This document shows, in pieces, positions 40,218-54,784 of a stretch of 64,000 nt of DNA. Position numbers and translations under genes: made by a program. Each line of letters starts with the position of its first letter. Position 1 is the first letter of the stretch. Origin of the DNA: Eledone cirrhosa (Eukaryota); assembly GCA_964016885.1 (NCBI GenBank), contig OZ024744.1:64046001-64110000 (forward strand), read 5' to 3'. The notes under the pieces are model-generated. The model was not told the DNA's origin. It did not search any database and worked only from the letters and a program-made list of their open reading frames with translations.

Positions 40218-40616
40218 CAGAAGCTCACAAAGTGGGCGCTACTGTCTCGTGGGGGGTGTTGAGAAGGTCTAGGGGGTGCTGGGGTCAAAGGGGCCGGTAG
40301 AGATGATATTTTAAATATCAAATGATACATATTATATAAAAATATAGTAAAATATAGTAAAAAATATATAATATTAAATATCAAATGATATATATTATAT
40401 ATAAATATAGTAAAATATTGTAAAAAAATATATAATATTTATTTATACATAATTTATATATAATAAGTAATATAATGTATACTAACAATTTTATTTATTA
40501 TATATTATTTACAATTTGCATGTAGGCAGGTCTCCCTGGAAATAGGGTTTGGTGGCGCTGAGGGTATTATGTAGCTGTGAGGGGGTGCAGTGGCCCAAAA
40601 CATTTGAGAACCTCTG
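40218..40616. mobile_element. hAT (Charlie-like) MITE
   Basis: Termini cagaagctcacaaa / tttgagaacctctg; 8-bp TSD atctaaac / ttctaaac. Confidence 0.8.
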
Positions 40617-41080
40617 TTCTAAACTAATTAACAAGTAGTTCTATGATTTCCTATTGATCATAGTGGTAGTGAAGAAGAAGGAGAATTATGTGTTGGTGGA
40701 GATAATAAGGTTAATGATGGAGAGGGTGTTGGTAGAGATAGCGAAAGTGATGGTGGTGAGGATGTTGTTGTTTAGCCCAGGGTCAACTCGTATTGAGCAG
40801 AGAGACATGTTAAAAGGCTTTCAAAGTGTGACAATCCTGTCTTCAGACAGATGCATTCTAACTAATGTGCATTTCGTTTTATAAAATGGAAGGGTATGCG
40901 AGTTGAAGAAGATTTTCCTGCTGTTTCTAACAGGCTTAACAACTATGTGAAGGAGCTCTCAAGCTGTACCTTTAGTCAAAGTTCATGCCTCTTACTTTCA
41001 TATTACATTTAAGAGATTGGTTATGGGAAAAAACAACTAGCAGTAAAAACATTTTCACAATCAAACCCTATTTTATCCAT

Positions 41081-41909
41081 TACTAGCAGTAAAGCCTGGC
41101 GTTGCTCGGGGTCGCTCAGTAGCTGTGTTAAAGTTACAATGTTAAGTTTCTTTTTTGGCTTAAAAACTGTAGTGTCTACTGTGCAGACTTGCATGTGGTG
41201 TTTTTGATTAATATTCCCTCAAACAACAATATGCCTTATGAAGTTAAGAAAACATAACGATAACCCGAATGTTATAACAAAAGAGGATGCTGGGGATAAA
41301 AACTGCACTGGTTATTTATTAACAAAGATCGAAAATGTAAACACTGCAACGCAGATAAAAACATTAGCGTAACCAAATTATCAGTTATGTCTGTCTGCAC
41401 GCCTATATCACCTCTCTGCACGACTGTCTGTCTGCACGCGTATATCACCTCTCTGCACGACTGTCTGTCTGCACGCCTAACGACGAAATATTTGCTTGTT
41501 TTACGTAGTCTTTAAATAGACTTGTTTTCAAGTAAAAATATTGTTTTAAAATGCTTTTAAATGGAAATGAAGCAAAACGGAAGCTTAGTGTTCGAACTGA
41601 TGAATTTTGCAGGTCAATATTTTGCTGGCTCGACAACTGTTAAAGCCGGCGTAATTTTTTACGTAAGACGCTCAATGTAAACAGAACAAAGGGAAATAAC
41701 TGATCACTTACGCTCAAAAATCGATACATTATATTCGATTTCGTCACATAGGGTGGGTCAATTTGAAATTTTTTTTCTTCCGATGTCTTCGCTAGGGCTC
41801 AATGTACAAGTATAGCAATTTCGGTGCAATTCCGTGAGAGATTCTAAGAGGAGATGTGTGCCAAAAATCGATAGACAGACAGACAACCACAGTTTTATAT
41901 ATATAGATT
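41081..41909 (+). mobile_element. Non-autonomous Helitron/Helentron-type (HINE/DINE-like) element
   Basis: Starts tactag..cctggcgttgc, ends (gaca)n...ttttatatatatagat; internal ~36-bp tandem at 41387-41480. Confidence 0.6.
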
Positions 41910-41993
41910 AGCAAGTATTTGGCATATCATTTGTAGTGGTGAGATTGTCGTTCAGTATGAAATAATTGGTTTGTGTTTTAGACAGAACGAGTG

Positions 41994-42238
41994 TTAACCC
42001 TTTCAATACCTGAAACTGCCCTTGGTTCTATTATACAAAACTGTTTTATTTTAAAGTGTTTATAGTTTCTAAAAAAATTCCCACCATAATGCTATGTAAA
42101 GTACTTTTGTTAAGTTATGTACTAAACACCAACTTAATAATAAAAAGGTTAGTTATTCAGTGAATGCCTTCAAATTAATGGTTATTTTAAAAATATAGAC
42201 AGTGTCTTTCAGTAGAAATGTGGTAATGAAAAAGTTAA
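41994..42238. mobile_element. TTAA-flanked piggyBac-like MITE (family with copies at ~58186-58435, 63506-63728, 9640-9980)
   Basis: ttaaccctttcaatacc ... ggtaatgaaaaagttaa termini recurring across the window. Confidence 0.6.
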
Positions 42239-42653
42239 AGAGAACTTCCATAAATGCATGATGTAAGTGTCTCAATAGAAACAGCCAATCTTGATAATTG
42301 GTAAAGTGGTAAAGTAAACCTACCAATGACAGTGCCCCAGCATGATCTCAGCCACTCAACTGGGACATGTAATAGAGTAACCAATGCCAACTTATGTAAA
42401 AATCGATCCGTAAAGCAATATATCTAATAATATTAAAATTATTAGCACTGTTGAGTCACTGAACGAAAGAATCTTTAAATTCATTTGAAGCACATTTTAG
42501 TTAAATTTTTCTAAGTCCTTTCTTAATTGTATTTAAAACATGTAGGGTAAAAATAGAAATTTTTTTTCTACAGGAATACAAAGACATTACAAGGTGTCAT
42601 CCCTTGGAATTAAGCAGTAAAGCAATATTAAAGAAAAAAAAGAGTCAGATTAC

Positions 42654-42784
42654 CTTCATCCCTATCTCCATTGGTGAAAGGTCTGCAAAAGGCACCTCTC
42701 TTGTCTCCATTTCCCACAGAAGAATAGCATAGCTCCACATATCTGCAGCTTTTACATTCATCTCTTCAGGTTTTTTCTGTAGAG
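42654..42784 (-). CDS. ILK: ILK exon ([44 protein letters not shown])
   Basis: ttgaag acceptor and gtaatc donor; near-identical to human ALQKKPED...[15 protein letters not shown]. Confidence 0.96.
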
Positions 42785-42939
42785 CTTCAATGAAATCATA
42801 GTAAAATACATGATATATGATACAACAATTAAAATACAGCAGGATATGAAATAGTATTTTAACTCTTTTGATACCAAACTGTCCGAAACCAACTTCCGTT
42901 CTATGAAACAAAACTACCCATTTTAAAGAGTTCATATTT

Positions 42940-43660
42940 AATTTGAGTGCCCTGCACTTTTTTATATAGCTGTCACCCTTCATATGCATTACATGACCAT
43001 ACCGATGGAATCTCCTCTCCTGCACACTGCATGTAATCCTCTTATGCCCAGTTTCTCTCTTAGTTCATTAATCCTTTACCATTCTTGTATATTACTATTA
43101 CATATCCAATAAAGTATGCCAGGGCTCACTCCCATGTACACATGCATCATACAATCTGCCCACCATTTTGAGGGGAAAACCTTTTGTAGCTAGCAGCGGT
43201 AGTAACTCCCTGAACTTTTTCCATCCCATCCTCATGCTGGCTACAGTACTTTCCAAACACCTACTTCCACTGCTAATCTGGTCAGGTAAGTAACAGAAGC
43301 TGTCAACTATAGTACCTTCCTAGAATTTGAGAACACTTGTTTCCTGTGATAATTTGTTACTTATTGTTCCTATGCAACAGTCACATGTAAAACCTACATT
43401 CTTAGCTAACTTACCTTGGATCCAACTACATTTCGGACAGAAGATGGAATTTCTACCCATCCCTTTCCTACACACTGAACAGGGCCATTTCCCAGAAGGG
43501 ACCAGATCCTTGTTTTCCTTACTACTAACTAAAACTTTGGTGTTTGCCAAATTGACTTTAAGACCTTTTGATTCCAAGTTATGCTTCCAGGTCAGGAATT
43601 TTTTCTCTAGTTCTGCCCTGGATTCAGCAATGAGAGTTAGGTCATCAGTATACAGGAGTT
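42940..43660 (-). mobile_element. RTE LINE fragment
   Basis: KGLKVNLANTKVL...KWPCSVCRKG; [12 protein letters not shown]. Confidence 0.85.
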
Positions 43661-43887
43661 ACCTAGAGCATTCTGTATGAGCAAGACATGGTCATCTTAT
43701 CTGGCTTGTCTCACAATAGGGCAACTCATCTAACCCATGCTAGCATGGAAAAAATGAACATTAAATGGTGATGATGATGATTAGGAGTGATGCATACTGT
43801 GTTTTGCTTTATGAATTTTTAATGACATTTTCATCTATTCTATAACTAGGGTGCATTGGTCTTTGTAGTATGCATATATATGAATAC

Positions 43888-44221
43888 AGTTGTCCCCTGG
43901 AAAGTGTGGGGGTTATGTTCCTAGACCACCCGCAAAGAGTGAAAAATCATGAATATTGGACGTGGTCCATAAATGTCAAAACATAACGTAAAATATAGGC
44001 TGGCAAATACAGTATATTGTTATTAATAATTTAGAGTTAAAAAGAGGGAAAAAATATATATTGCCACAAAAAAAAAAAACATAAAAAAAATCATGGAAGA
44101 TATTTAGGATTCCGCTAATATGTGGTGGTTTCCACAAACAATTATTAGGTAGGTTCTAAGGAAAATTCTGCGAATAATCGGGACCGCAAATGCCAGGGGC
44201 GGTGGTGGTGGGGGTACACTG

Positions 44222-44222
<1 letters not shown>
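43888..44222. mobile_element. Tigger/pogo-like MITE
   Basis: TA-cagtt...actg-TA termini with Tigger-like subterminal motifs; a second Tigger-like fragment lies at ~48920-49200. Confidence 0.55.
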
Positions 44223-44254
<32 letters not shown>

Positions 44255-44480
44255 GGTTTTGTTGATACTGATGATGAAAAAAGGAGCACTCAATACCAGT
44301 AGAGTACAGATAATTATTGTGTTTTATTTCATGAGTTAACCATGAGACAAAAGACATTCGATAAATTACATACGGACACGCACACACACACAGAAGTTTC
44401 TTTGATTAAATCACACAAAACATAACACTCTGTCAAGTAACTTAATATCAAACAATAATAGGTTTAAGAATAAGTTTTAC

Positions 44481-44580
44481 CTTCTGGAGCCATCCATGCT
44501 GGGGAATAAATCTTTCCTCTCTCGTGAAATGAGAAACGGTAGTCTGCCATGTTAATTCTGGCTGTCAGATCTTCATCTAT
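44481..44580 (-). CDS. ILK: ILK exon ([33 protein letters not shown])
   Basis: ttatag/gtaaaac sites; matches human IDEDMTARISMADVKFSF...PAWVAPE. Confidence 0.96.
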
Positions 44581-46370
44581 CTATAAACACAGCAAATATA
44601 TTGAGAAATAATTACTATAAGAAAATAATTAATTGAGAAATAAGCCCCTATCCACTACTTCCACAACTATTTAACATAACCCTTTAGCATTTACATTGCT
44701 CTATATTTACTATTTATTTTCACAGTAAACACTTTATCATCTTCCTCCACATCATTATTGTCCTTTTAATGACCAAGATGATTGAAAGACTACATTTATT
44801 TCAGCAGAAATTTGTACCCAGAATGCAGAAGAACAAACTAGATAAGTTTTTTAATATTGCTTAATCTAATGTATTTACTGCTTCTGTTATTGCACAACTC
44901 TTAAGTGAAGATTATTTATTTGAAATGAAATAATTCAACAATTTAGTGCAGAGAAAAAATATTGTGATATATCTAGCTTTTAAAATATGGAAGTTCATTT
45001 ATTAAGTCAAGACTAGCTTTTAGTTAATAGTGAGCAATTTTTCTGATATAGACTTACAAGCTCTGTTGCACATGACTATAATACCTATTGAGACTTCTGA
45101 TGGGCTGATATGGCTTAGTTGTGCAGCAAAAGTAATAATTTGATCCACTGCCATAAGGTCTACATTTTTACAAATGTATATGTGTATAATATATGTATAT
45201 ACTTATAAAGGTATGGTAAGGACCCCCTCTGGTCACGAATGACCATGGGATTTGCACCTAGAAAGTTCCCCTCCAAGGCACAAGTCCGGGCAAGGCTGTT
45301 TATGGAAAACCAGCAGTCACTCATGCATACCAGTCTCCCCTCTCCACACCACCGATGTTGTCCAAGGGAAAGGCAAAGGCTGATACAGCTTGGCACCAGT
45401 GACATTGCAACTCATTTCTACAACAGAGTGAATTGGAGTATCATACATAATTGTGTATAAGTTGCACAAGAATACAATGTTAAAAACTAACATGTGACTT
45501 TTCTACTGGACCTACAAAACCTTGAAACACAATACATTGAATTCTTTTTTTCAATTCCAGGTGTAATTTATTCAATATTTTTCAATTTTTACTGTGGTCA
45601 TTTGCATTGGGATGCACACATTTCACATTTTCCCAATGCTTTTAATTCAACCACTTTGTTTATACAGTACATTGTAAATGTAAGTAAAATAGAGATACTT
45701 TTGTTCTTAATCATGAGAACTTTAATTATATTACTAAATCCCTCCAAATTCTTGATTATTTTCAAAATTACTTGAAAATAATAGGCAGTTTTTCATTAGA
45801 AATACGGTTATGAAACATTTAAGACAGTAGGGTGTAATTTGAGGGTGATTTGGCTGCTCTTTCCAGCAAGACGAGTGACTGCTTAGAGTCTCTTGGCCAT
45901 GGCTTACACTAACTTGCTGTGTTGTAAGTATTACATTGGTTATTTATTACTATTATAATTCTCCTCTTCATATTTTCAAAAACTGAAAAATAAGTTTTTA
46001 ATGAAAAAAAAATATTAGATATCTCTTGCTAATAGACTAATAAGATAAATAGCACAAAGAAGCGTATGCAAAGTCTTGAGACAGGATTCCTGCAGAGGAA
46101 TGCACACTAAAATGGATAATGAAAGCCAACTGCAACATTCACCAGCAATCTAGGCGTTTTTTTTATGATGACTAAAATAAATGCTAGGGCTGTTTCTTTT
46201 CAACAGGACTACATGCTGTGTAAGGAGAACTCTATAAAAACACTGTAACAAGTTTCTTAATACCTATATGTATATATATATATATATAACGAAGGAGTTG
46301 TGATAAGGAACCAGATGGACCATAACGCACCAGAGTACTCAATACTTAGGGTAGCAGAGTGGGTAATAGG

Positions 46371-46526
46371 AGAAAGTATGACCCCGACGGCAGAGCTCAA
46401 GCCATTTCGACGGCTATTTCTGGACTAAAATAGAATTTTTAATCTGGCCAGACTAAAAATTCTAATTTAGTCCAGAAATAACCGTCAAAACGGCTTGAGC
46501 TCTGCCGTCGGGGTCATATTTTCTTC
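46371..46526. repeat. Near-perfect palindrome centred on tctggccaga
   Basis: atgaccccgacggcagagctcaagcc... / ...ggcttgagctctgccgtcggggtcat; related copies at 49896-50013 (palindromic) and 56720-56850. Confidence 0.9.
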
Positions 46527-47315
46527 TCTCTCGCTATATATATATATATATATACACCAACAAAGCAATACATGCTAGGAAAAAAAAATTGTTTTGTTTT
46601 GCTCATTAATTTTTTCAAAGTTTTAAACTAATAAACTATTATATAATCAATTCCTGAGTTGTGCTCATTCAGCAAGTGATTTGACATTGAGATTTTCGTT
46701 GTAACTAAAACAACTGCAGCATTTTGGTGTCATATTAGCCATTTAAAACACATACACACATATATCCCATTTTGTTTTACTATGTGTGGCATTTTAGCCG
46801 AAAGTGTGTTTTAATTGGGCTAATATGACAACCAATTTGCAACTGATACAAATAAAACAAAATAATATTTTTTATTTAAGAACAAGAAGAGGAGAAAAAA
46901 TTAAATTATAATAAAATTATATACTAATATATTTGAACTAGTGTATTCATTTTGTTTGTTATAATCACAATGTTTTAGTTGCTGTAAATTTTGGCCTTCT
47001 TCAGGAGCCTGTTATATTCTCCGAATTTTGCACTGAACCTTTTATTCAATCTGTTCTCATTTCACTTTCCATGCCTTTGTTGCTTGCTCATTCTGTTTAA
47101 ATCTTAAAATCTTGTACCACACAGAACAACATTAATAAAATAGTCTTAAAGAGTACAAAACAGCACTATGGTTGCATCATATGAAAATCTTTTACTCTAA
47201 TAATCTTTGTTTCCATAATGACCTATCCACTAGTAAAGATACTATAAACATTGAATTAACAAACCCGTTTTTAGATAACTTCTAAATCATAACAGGATGT
47301 TAAGATTTAATTAGA

Positions 47316-47354
<39 letters not shown>

Positions 47355-47909
47355 TAATAATAATAATAAATGTGAAGACTAAAATCCAAAGAGGGCTCGA
47401 TAAGGATAAATATATAGTTTCAGAAGATTCTGTTAAGGGTGAAAGCAGCGATTCTTTGCTTAAACTTTAATCTGTTATTTTAATAAATATATATATATAG
47501 CACTCACTGTAAATGAGGTTGGTGTTAGGAAGGGCATCCAGCTGTAGAAATCAAGCCAGAATCAGTTCCCGTCCCACCCTTGCAAGCAGGGAAAAGTGGA
47601 TGTAAAATGATGATGATGATGATGATATATATATACACACTAGTCTAAGCAGAAGAAGCAAGTGATATTACAAATAACTAATTAACTTATATGAAGATAA
47701 TCTAGGCATAGGCAACAGAATAAGAACAATCTACCACATCCCCTTGGTTTGAATAAAGGGTTGAGTTCAAAATTTTGAGAACATTATCAAATGTAACAGG
47801 TACCTAAAGAAAACCAGAAGATGCAACATTCAAAACATTATGACTATAACAACCAAGATGAAAACACTAATATGAATATATTAATAATTCCTTGTCTCAA
47901 AAATTCAGA

Positions 47910-47940
<31 letters not shown>

Positions 47941-48859
47941 TATATTTATTATTAGCACAGATTAAAAGTTTAAGCAATGAATTTCTGTTTTGAATTTCAG
48001 ATGATCTTGCTTAGAATGAAAGCAGAAATTTATTGCTTCAACTTTTAATCTGTACTAATAATAAATATTTGCTCTATGGGTTTAAATAATATATATACAT
48101 ATATAAAATATATATATATATATATATATCTATAAAATATATGTAATTGTTTCTACTTTAGGCACAAGGCCAGCAATTACCCAGTGCATTACTGGTACTT
48201 TATTTTATCGACCCCGTAAGGATGAAAGGCAAAGTTAACCTCGGTGGCATTTGAACTCAGAATGGCAAGGGCCATAACTCTATGCATCAAAGCATGGCGT
48301 CCGACCCTCTATATATTATATAATATATATATACAACCCTTATCGAGTCCTCTTTAGATATAGGTGTTTGTAATTATTATTATTACACATACACACATAT
48401 AATAAAAGAGCATAAATTCTTAAAACAGCAACAATAATAATAACTCAATAATAGTGATTTATCACACAGGTAGGAAGCTGCAAACTTATAGGAAGAGGAA
48501 AATGGGATGTTGCAACATCCATGGCTTTTCCAATGGCACCAGCAGAATAAACAAAACAAAAGTTGAAAAGGGTGACTATATTGTGAATTTCATTCATGAA
48601 GAATATCCTGCCATATCACGATGCCAACAATGGTAATAATAATAGTAATAAACAATAACGACAATGCTAATAAACACCAACAATATCACAAGTAATTAAT
48701 AACAATTATTTTTAATAAACAAGAACAACAACAACTGCAATGCACAAGTTAAAACAAAAACAAAACCCCCCAAAATAGAATGCAAAAATAAAAAAGAAAC
48801 ATAAAAAAACATCAAATAAAATTAAAAACAACATATCTGTTGAAATAGAAATAACAACA

Positions 48860-48892
<33 letters not shown>

Positions 48893-49196
48893 TACACATA
48901 TATATACACACACACACACACCTCTCTTCACGAACAAATCGGTCCACAAACAATTTTTCCAAACACAAAACGTCCTGGTTGACAAACGGTGTCTCGAGTG
49001 ACAAACATGCAAGCCAGCAACAATGGTTGGCGACAAGCTAGGAGTATTGGCAGAAGAGTGTCACTTGCTGTGTAGTTAGTTACTTTCACACAGTCTCTCT
49101 CTCACAGTATTTCTCTTTAAACATTTTGTATGGAGAAAATAGTTTCAGTTTACGAACGGCCTTCAGGAACGAATAAGTTCATGAACCGAAGTTCCA

Positions 49197-49255
<59 letters not shown>

Positions 49256-52099
49256 TACATACATACATACATATATATATACATTTTATATATATATATA
49301 TATACTGTTACACAGTAGGACCTTTTAAATTACAGGTACAGTTCATCCAACGGGCTTCCAAACAGTTTCTGTCTACCCTGGTTAACCCATACAACCCGAG
49401 TCAACCTAAGGCAGGATGCCACACAGTGGGGGTCAGACCCAGGACCTATTCATTGTAAAGCTAACCTCTTAGCCATTTGGCCACACATACACAGGCATAT
49501 GTACATGCACACACACACACACACACAGTCATCTGCATGTACATACAGACATACACAAACTAATTAGTACATAGTAACATGAAACAATAAGCAGCAGTGT
49601 TTCGTGTGAACTTTACATAATAATTCAAACAAAGAAGTCTGTTACTTCATACCACTGTTTATTATATATCTGTATGTGGATTGGCAGTATCGGTAGAGGG
49701 TCGGACGCTATGCTTTGACGCATAGTTACGTCCCTTTACGGACTGAGTTCAAATCCCGCTGAGGTTAACTTTGCCTTTCATCCTTACAGGGTCGATAAAA
49801 TAAAGTACCAGTAATATACTGAGTATTTGTTGGCCTTGTGCCAAAAGTAGAAACAATTATATATCTGTATGTACACACACACACACACACAATATGAAAG
49901 AATCAAGACCCCAACGGCTGAGCTCTTGCCGTTTCAACAGCTGGTTCCAAATTGAGTTTGGAACTAGCTGCTGAAATAGCAAGTGCTCAACCGTTGGGGG
50001 CTCTGATTCTTTCATATTATCACACTCTACTACTCCAAGTATTGAGTACTCAGGTGAGTAATGGTCTAACAGGTTTTTACTGCATCCATTTTGATATATA
50101 TATATATAATGGAAAAATTTGAACAGGAACAAAACAGAGAGGCAGTACAACGAATGTTTATTAATTTCACGCTCTGGAGAGTGGAGTGGTGGTGGGGAAC
50201 TATATATATATACACACGTGTGCCTACATACACATATATATCACAGTATATGTTAAGGGAAGAGTGAGGTATAATCAGCATTATATCAAACAACTATTTC
50301 ACCAAAATAACAAATCATCATGCATAAAGAAGGGATGGCTGATGGAAGAGGGGAGGAAGGAGGAACAATAAAACAACAAACATACAACACAACATAACAA
50401 AATACATCTATTTTATTTGTGTCAATGTCTACAAACAATACAAATAACAGGTGATAATTTTATAAATATCTTTACCCTTTCTATTCAGTTTGGATTGCTT
50501 GTCACAGACCAGTAAAATTACATTGATAACTTCCACCCACCTACCACCTATATCTCAGCCTTTCAAGTACTGAAACCATTCACTTTTTATTTCAAATTTC
50601 TAACATACATTTGAAATTTCAATCCACATTGTAAACAATCAACGTTTTTTTTTTAATATTTGGGGAGGGTCATGTTGTTCTAATATGGCAATATTAAAAC
50701 AACATGACCTCTCCAAATATAACAATATGTTTCAACACATGATTTCATATAAAAAATCTTGCAAAACAAACACATCACCGGTTTTTTTAAATGCTTTTTG
50801 TTGTATTTTTAATATTGCTTGTTTAAACATGGCATCAGATAAATGAATTAAATTAGTCATAATCTTGTGATAAATATGAATGTGAAGAAAGAATTAATAT
50901 ACTCATATTAGACAAATATATTCATTTTTCTTTACAATGATTGATCAAATATCATTAGTCATGAGAACAGTATTTTTTTTCTTAGAATTAATTTGAAAAC
51001 TATAAAACAGCACTATGATTGTAGTATATTAACTATTAAGGTCTTTAGTTTACTGCAAATTTTTACCACAAATTTGTCCACTAAAAAAGATACTATAAAT
51101 ATTTGAATCAATCATTATAGGATGTTAAGAGTTAATTATTTATCATCCTTTGTGTGTGGTCCAACATTGTGAGATCTGACCTATATATATATATATTTTA
51201 AGCACCGAAACATCTATGATCTACAGTTAACAGCTGATGAAGGATTTCTTCTCTTGTTTCGTCCATATTACCATCTTAAACTTTGTTTAAAGCACGTTTC
51301 ATACATATATATACATCAATTGATTTTTTTTTCTTCAAACTATTATTCCGTTATGTGGGCTCATTGCCTGGTGGGGGTGAGTGGGAGGACACTCAGTGAC
51401 ACTTCCCCTTACTTTTCAACAGTGCACCCTCAGATTTAGAAAAAAAAAAAAAGATTTACAGTGATATGCTTTTACCAAAACTCCACCTTAGAATTATTGT
51501 GAATCAGAATGTCTAACCAGAATGTTCTGGAACCCCAAAGCCTAGCGACAAGCGTGTTATAAGAGTCATGAAATATATTTTTTCTTGCAGTCATTTTGAA
51601 AATGTTTAAGTAAAAAAGGAAAAGCAGGTGTAAAGGATTGCAAAAATAAATAAATAAATAAATAAATAAATGGGTAAAAATAAAATAAATGATTAATTCA
51701 ACACAAAATATCAACTGCAGACATTAGTCATCTCCTGCACAGAAAACAATACGTTACAAAAATGGTATTATAAAACTGAAATGGTTTAACATTGAAAATT
51801 GATTTACAATTCTAATAAGGCATAATAAATAACAATGCTATATTTAAGATATTCAGTTTAAAAATTGACAAATTTTTTTGTTCTTCCAGTGGTAGATAAT
51901 CTGAATAGACATATACAATTAGAATATTAAAAGAACCGATAACATATTATTTATTGTCATTCAAGAAAAGCATTAAAAATAAACACTAAAATTAAAACAT
52001 TTTCAAATAACATATATAAGAAGGTTTTGAAAGAATTTTATATTAAAACTAGAATTTATCTTGAACATAAATTATTCTTCGTTCAAATAAATAAATTTA

Positions 52100-52720
52100 A
52101 TTGCAGATCCACAGTTGACGAGTTTAAACTGTATCTGCTCTCTTGTCACCACAGTACAGATTGTTTCACTTGATACACTGCCTTGAATGACTTCACTAGA
52201 AGGAGCCTTGATGCAGCTGTTTTCCTGTTGGAATTGGAGCCTGTTAGCATTGACCTCAGTGATGGTAGGTGCTCAGAGAAATAACCCTTTCCCCATTTGA
52301 GGGAGGTAGGTTGCTTATTTACAATGCCACATATTGCATCATGTTCTACAGTTCCAATTTCATTACCTCATCTACAAGTCTGGGCACTGCTGCCAATAAT
52401 GCAGAAGAGTGGAAGATAAAAAAAAGAGATTTGACCAATTATTCCTTTTTGTGCTGGTTACCATTGAGACTTCCAGTGTCCTCAGTCACCAGATTGCTTT
52501 TTCTTCTGAAAGATTATGAGAAATGTATCTCACTGCGAGGTGGAAGGACTGATGCAGTGGATGTTCCTGGCTGTTCTCCATCTTGTCCATTGGATGCACT
52601 TGAGACATACTACCCAACCAAGGGTGTAGAGTTTCCCCACTTCCTTTTTTTTAAATTCTAATTTACACCCCCTTTTCCTTTTTATACCCCCACCCCACCT
52701 GTTTCTTATTTATTATCTGT
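52100..52720 (+). mobile_element. Old CRE-like RLE retrotransposon fragment
   Basis: LEPVSIDLSDGR..ITLSPFEGGRLLIYNAT...GTAANNAEEWK, a degenerate RLE domain. Confidence 0.65.
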
Positions 52721-53657
52721 CCCAATAAATAAAAATCAAGCTACAATTTCAAAATTATTTTAATTTACTAATGCTAGATAAAATTGAAATAGTTCTATAC
52801 TTGAAATGGATGAAAATCTAAAATAGTACTAAGTTATAAAGTCTATAATGTTCAGATCTTAACAGTTTCGTAACCATTTCGTTATAAGTTAAATTTTTCT
52901 GTTTTTAGGAGTTGTTTATGTTTATATAAACCTAATTATGTTGAATATTTTATGGAGGTGAAGAATAGTTTGGATGGGTTTATAATTAATCATTCAACGA
53001 CTGAATGTATTTTGTAGAATCAACTTCACTAGACAGAGTTCTGCGAGTTATTTTTCAGTTAAGTTGAAACACTAAATAGAATTAATTGCTCAAGGACATT
53101 AACCTATACTTGCAACAGTATAGAAGATCATAATACACTCACACACACACATATATATACATATGTAGATTTATCAAAACACTCAAACATTTTAACCCCT
53201 CACTTAACATCAATTAAGTAAATAACAAAATAGCATATAAATAACATTATATATATATATACACACACTTATATATACTTTTATATATATATTTATATAT
53301 ATATTCTTTTATATTTTTTACCGGTTTTAATCATTAGACTATGGCCATGCTGGGGTACCACCTTGATTTTAGTCGATCATGTCAACCCCAGTACTTATTT
53401 TTTCTAAGTCTGCTTCTTATTTAATGGTCTCTTTTGTTGAACTGTTAAGTTATAGGACATAAACACAGACACAAACATAAACATGGACACACACACACAC
53501 ACACATACGATAGGCTTCTGCAGTTTCTGCTGACCAAATTTCACTCACAAGGCATTGGTCAACATAAGGCTATAGTAGAAAGCACTTTAACCAAGATATC
53601 ACACAGTGGGACTGAACATGTGGTTATAAAGTGAACTTCTTAATCACTCAGCCATGC

Positions 53658-53704
<47 letters not shown>

Positions 53705-54712
53705 CATACACGCACACATACACACAATCACACACACACATTCATGCACACAAACTAGCTGTAAGAATAGATAGAAAAAGAACATTTAAAAAAAAAATTA
53801 ATATTACTAATAATATTGTTGATAATTATATTTCTGATAATAATTAAAATAAAATTGATAAAGAGAAAAAAGGAAAATAAAATGATGACAACTGTGATTC
53901 GCATATCACAACCCGCAGTGTCTCTCTAAGATTCTAAGGCATCAGCAAGACAGCCATAAGAATTAAAATACTAAAGGAATTGGTAGTGCTGGTGGTGGGA
54001 GAATTAAGAAAAAAAACAACAAAAAAACAAAACAAACAACTATAAGTAAATACATAAAATAAAATAAAGCACTACTGACTGCAATAATCTAATAATAATA
54101 ATAATAATAATAAAAATAACAACAGTAATAAAAATAATGGTTTCTGATTTAGGCACAAGGCCAAATATTTGAATGGGGACAGGAAAGTCGATTAAATCGA
54201 CTCCAGTACATTGCTGGTACTTTATTTTATTCACCCCGTAAGGATGAAATACAAAGCTAACCTCGGCGGGATTTGAACTCAGAATGTAAAGGATCGTAAC
54301 TCTATGCCACAAAGCATGTTGTCCGACGCTCTACCGGTTCTGCCAATCCAATAATAATAATAATAATGACAGTGATGAGGATAATGATGATGGTGGTGGC
54401 CGTGGTGCTGATGATAGTGATGATGGTGATAGAGATGATGACAATAATAATAATTAATAACAATATATAATAAATAATTAATAATAATGATAATAATAGT
54501 AATACTAATAATAATAACTATATCAGTACTAAATAAGGTGTTAGTATATATATATATGTGTAAGTAAAAAATATATAAATAAATAAAAAGAGTTAGTAAT
54601 ATGGCATAGTGGTGGCTGCAAAATGGTCAACTAAACTGCATGAACCATAGTAATAATAGTAGTAGTAGTAGTCATAACACACAGGCACAAAAACAAATGT
54701 ATGTTGTTTTAC

Positions 54713-54784
54713 CCCGTTGATTGCGACATCCCGAGCAGAATACTTAGGATCATCGATATTTATTTTAGCCAGGTCTTCATCAAT
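54713..54784 (-). CDS. ILK: Candidate alternative ILK exon, paralogous to exon 44481-44580 (IDEDLAKINIDDPKYSARDVAING)
   Basis: ttctgttttag acceptor and GTAAAAC donor; 72 nt, phase 0-0, no stop; homologous to [17 protein letters not shown] with mostly third-position differences. Confidence 0.7.

Noticed and set aside
42645-43025. 126-aa ORF as an RT-kinase fusion
   Set aside because: Chance read-through from an intronic RTE fragment into the ILK exon; the exon has its own acceptor at 42785-42786.
49678-49780. tRNA gene (GTTCAAATCC T-loop)
   Set aside because: No full cloverleaf; the sequence continues into the SINE core and recurs as diverged copies.
51190-51300. Hammerhead at cagCTGATGAagga next to (TA)n
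   Set aside because: No properly placed downstream GAAA or stem III; the GAAAC lies upstream and I could not close the stems.
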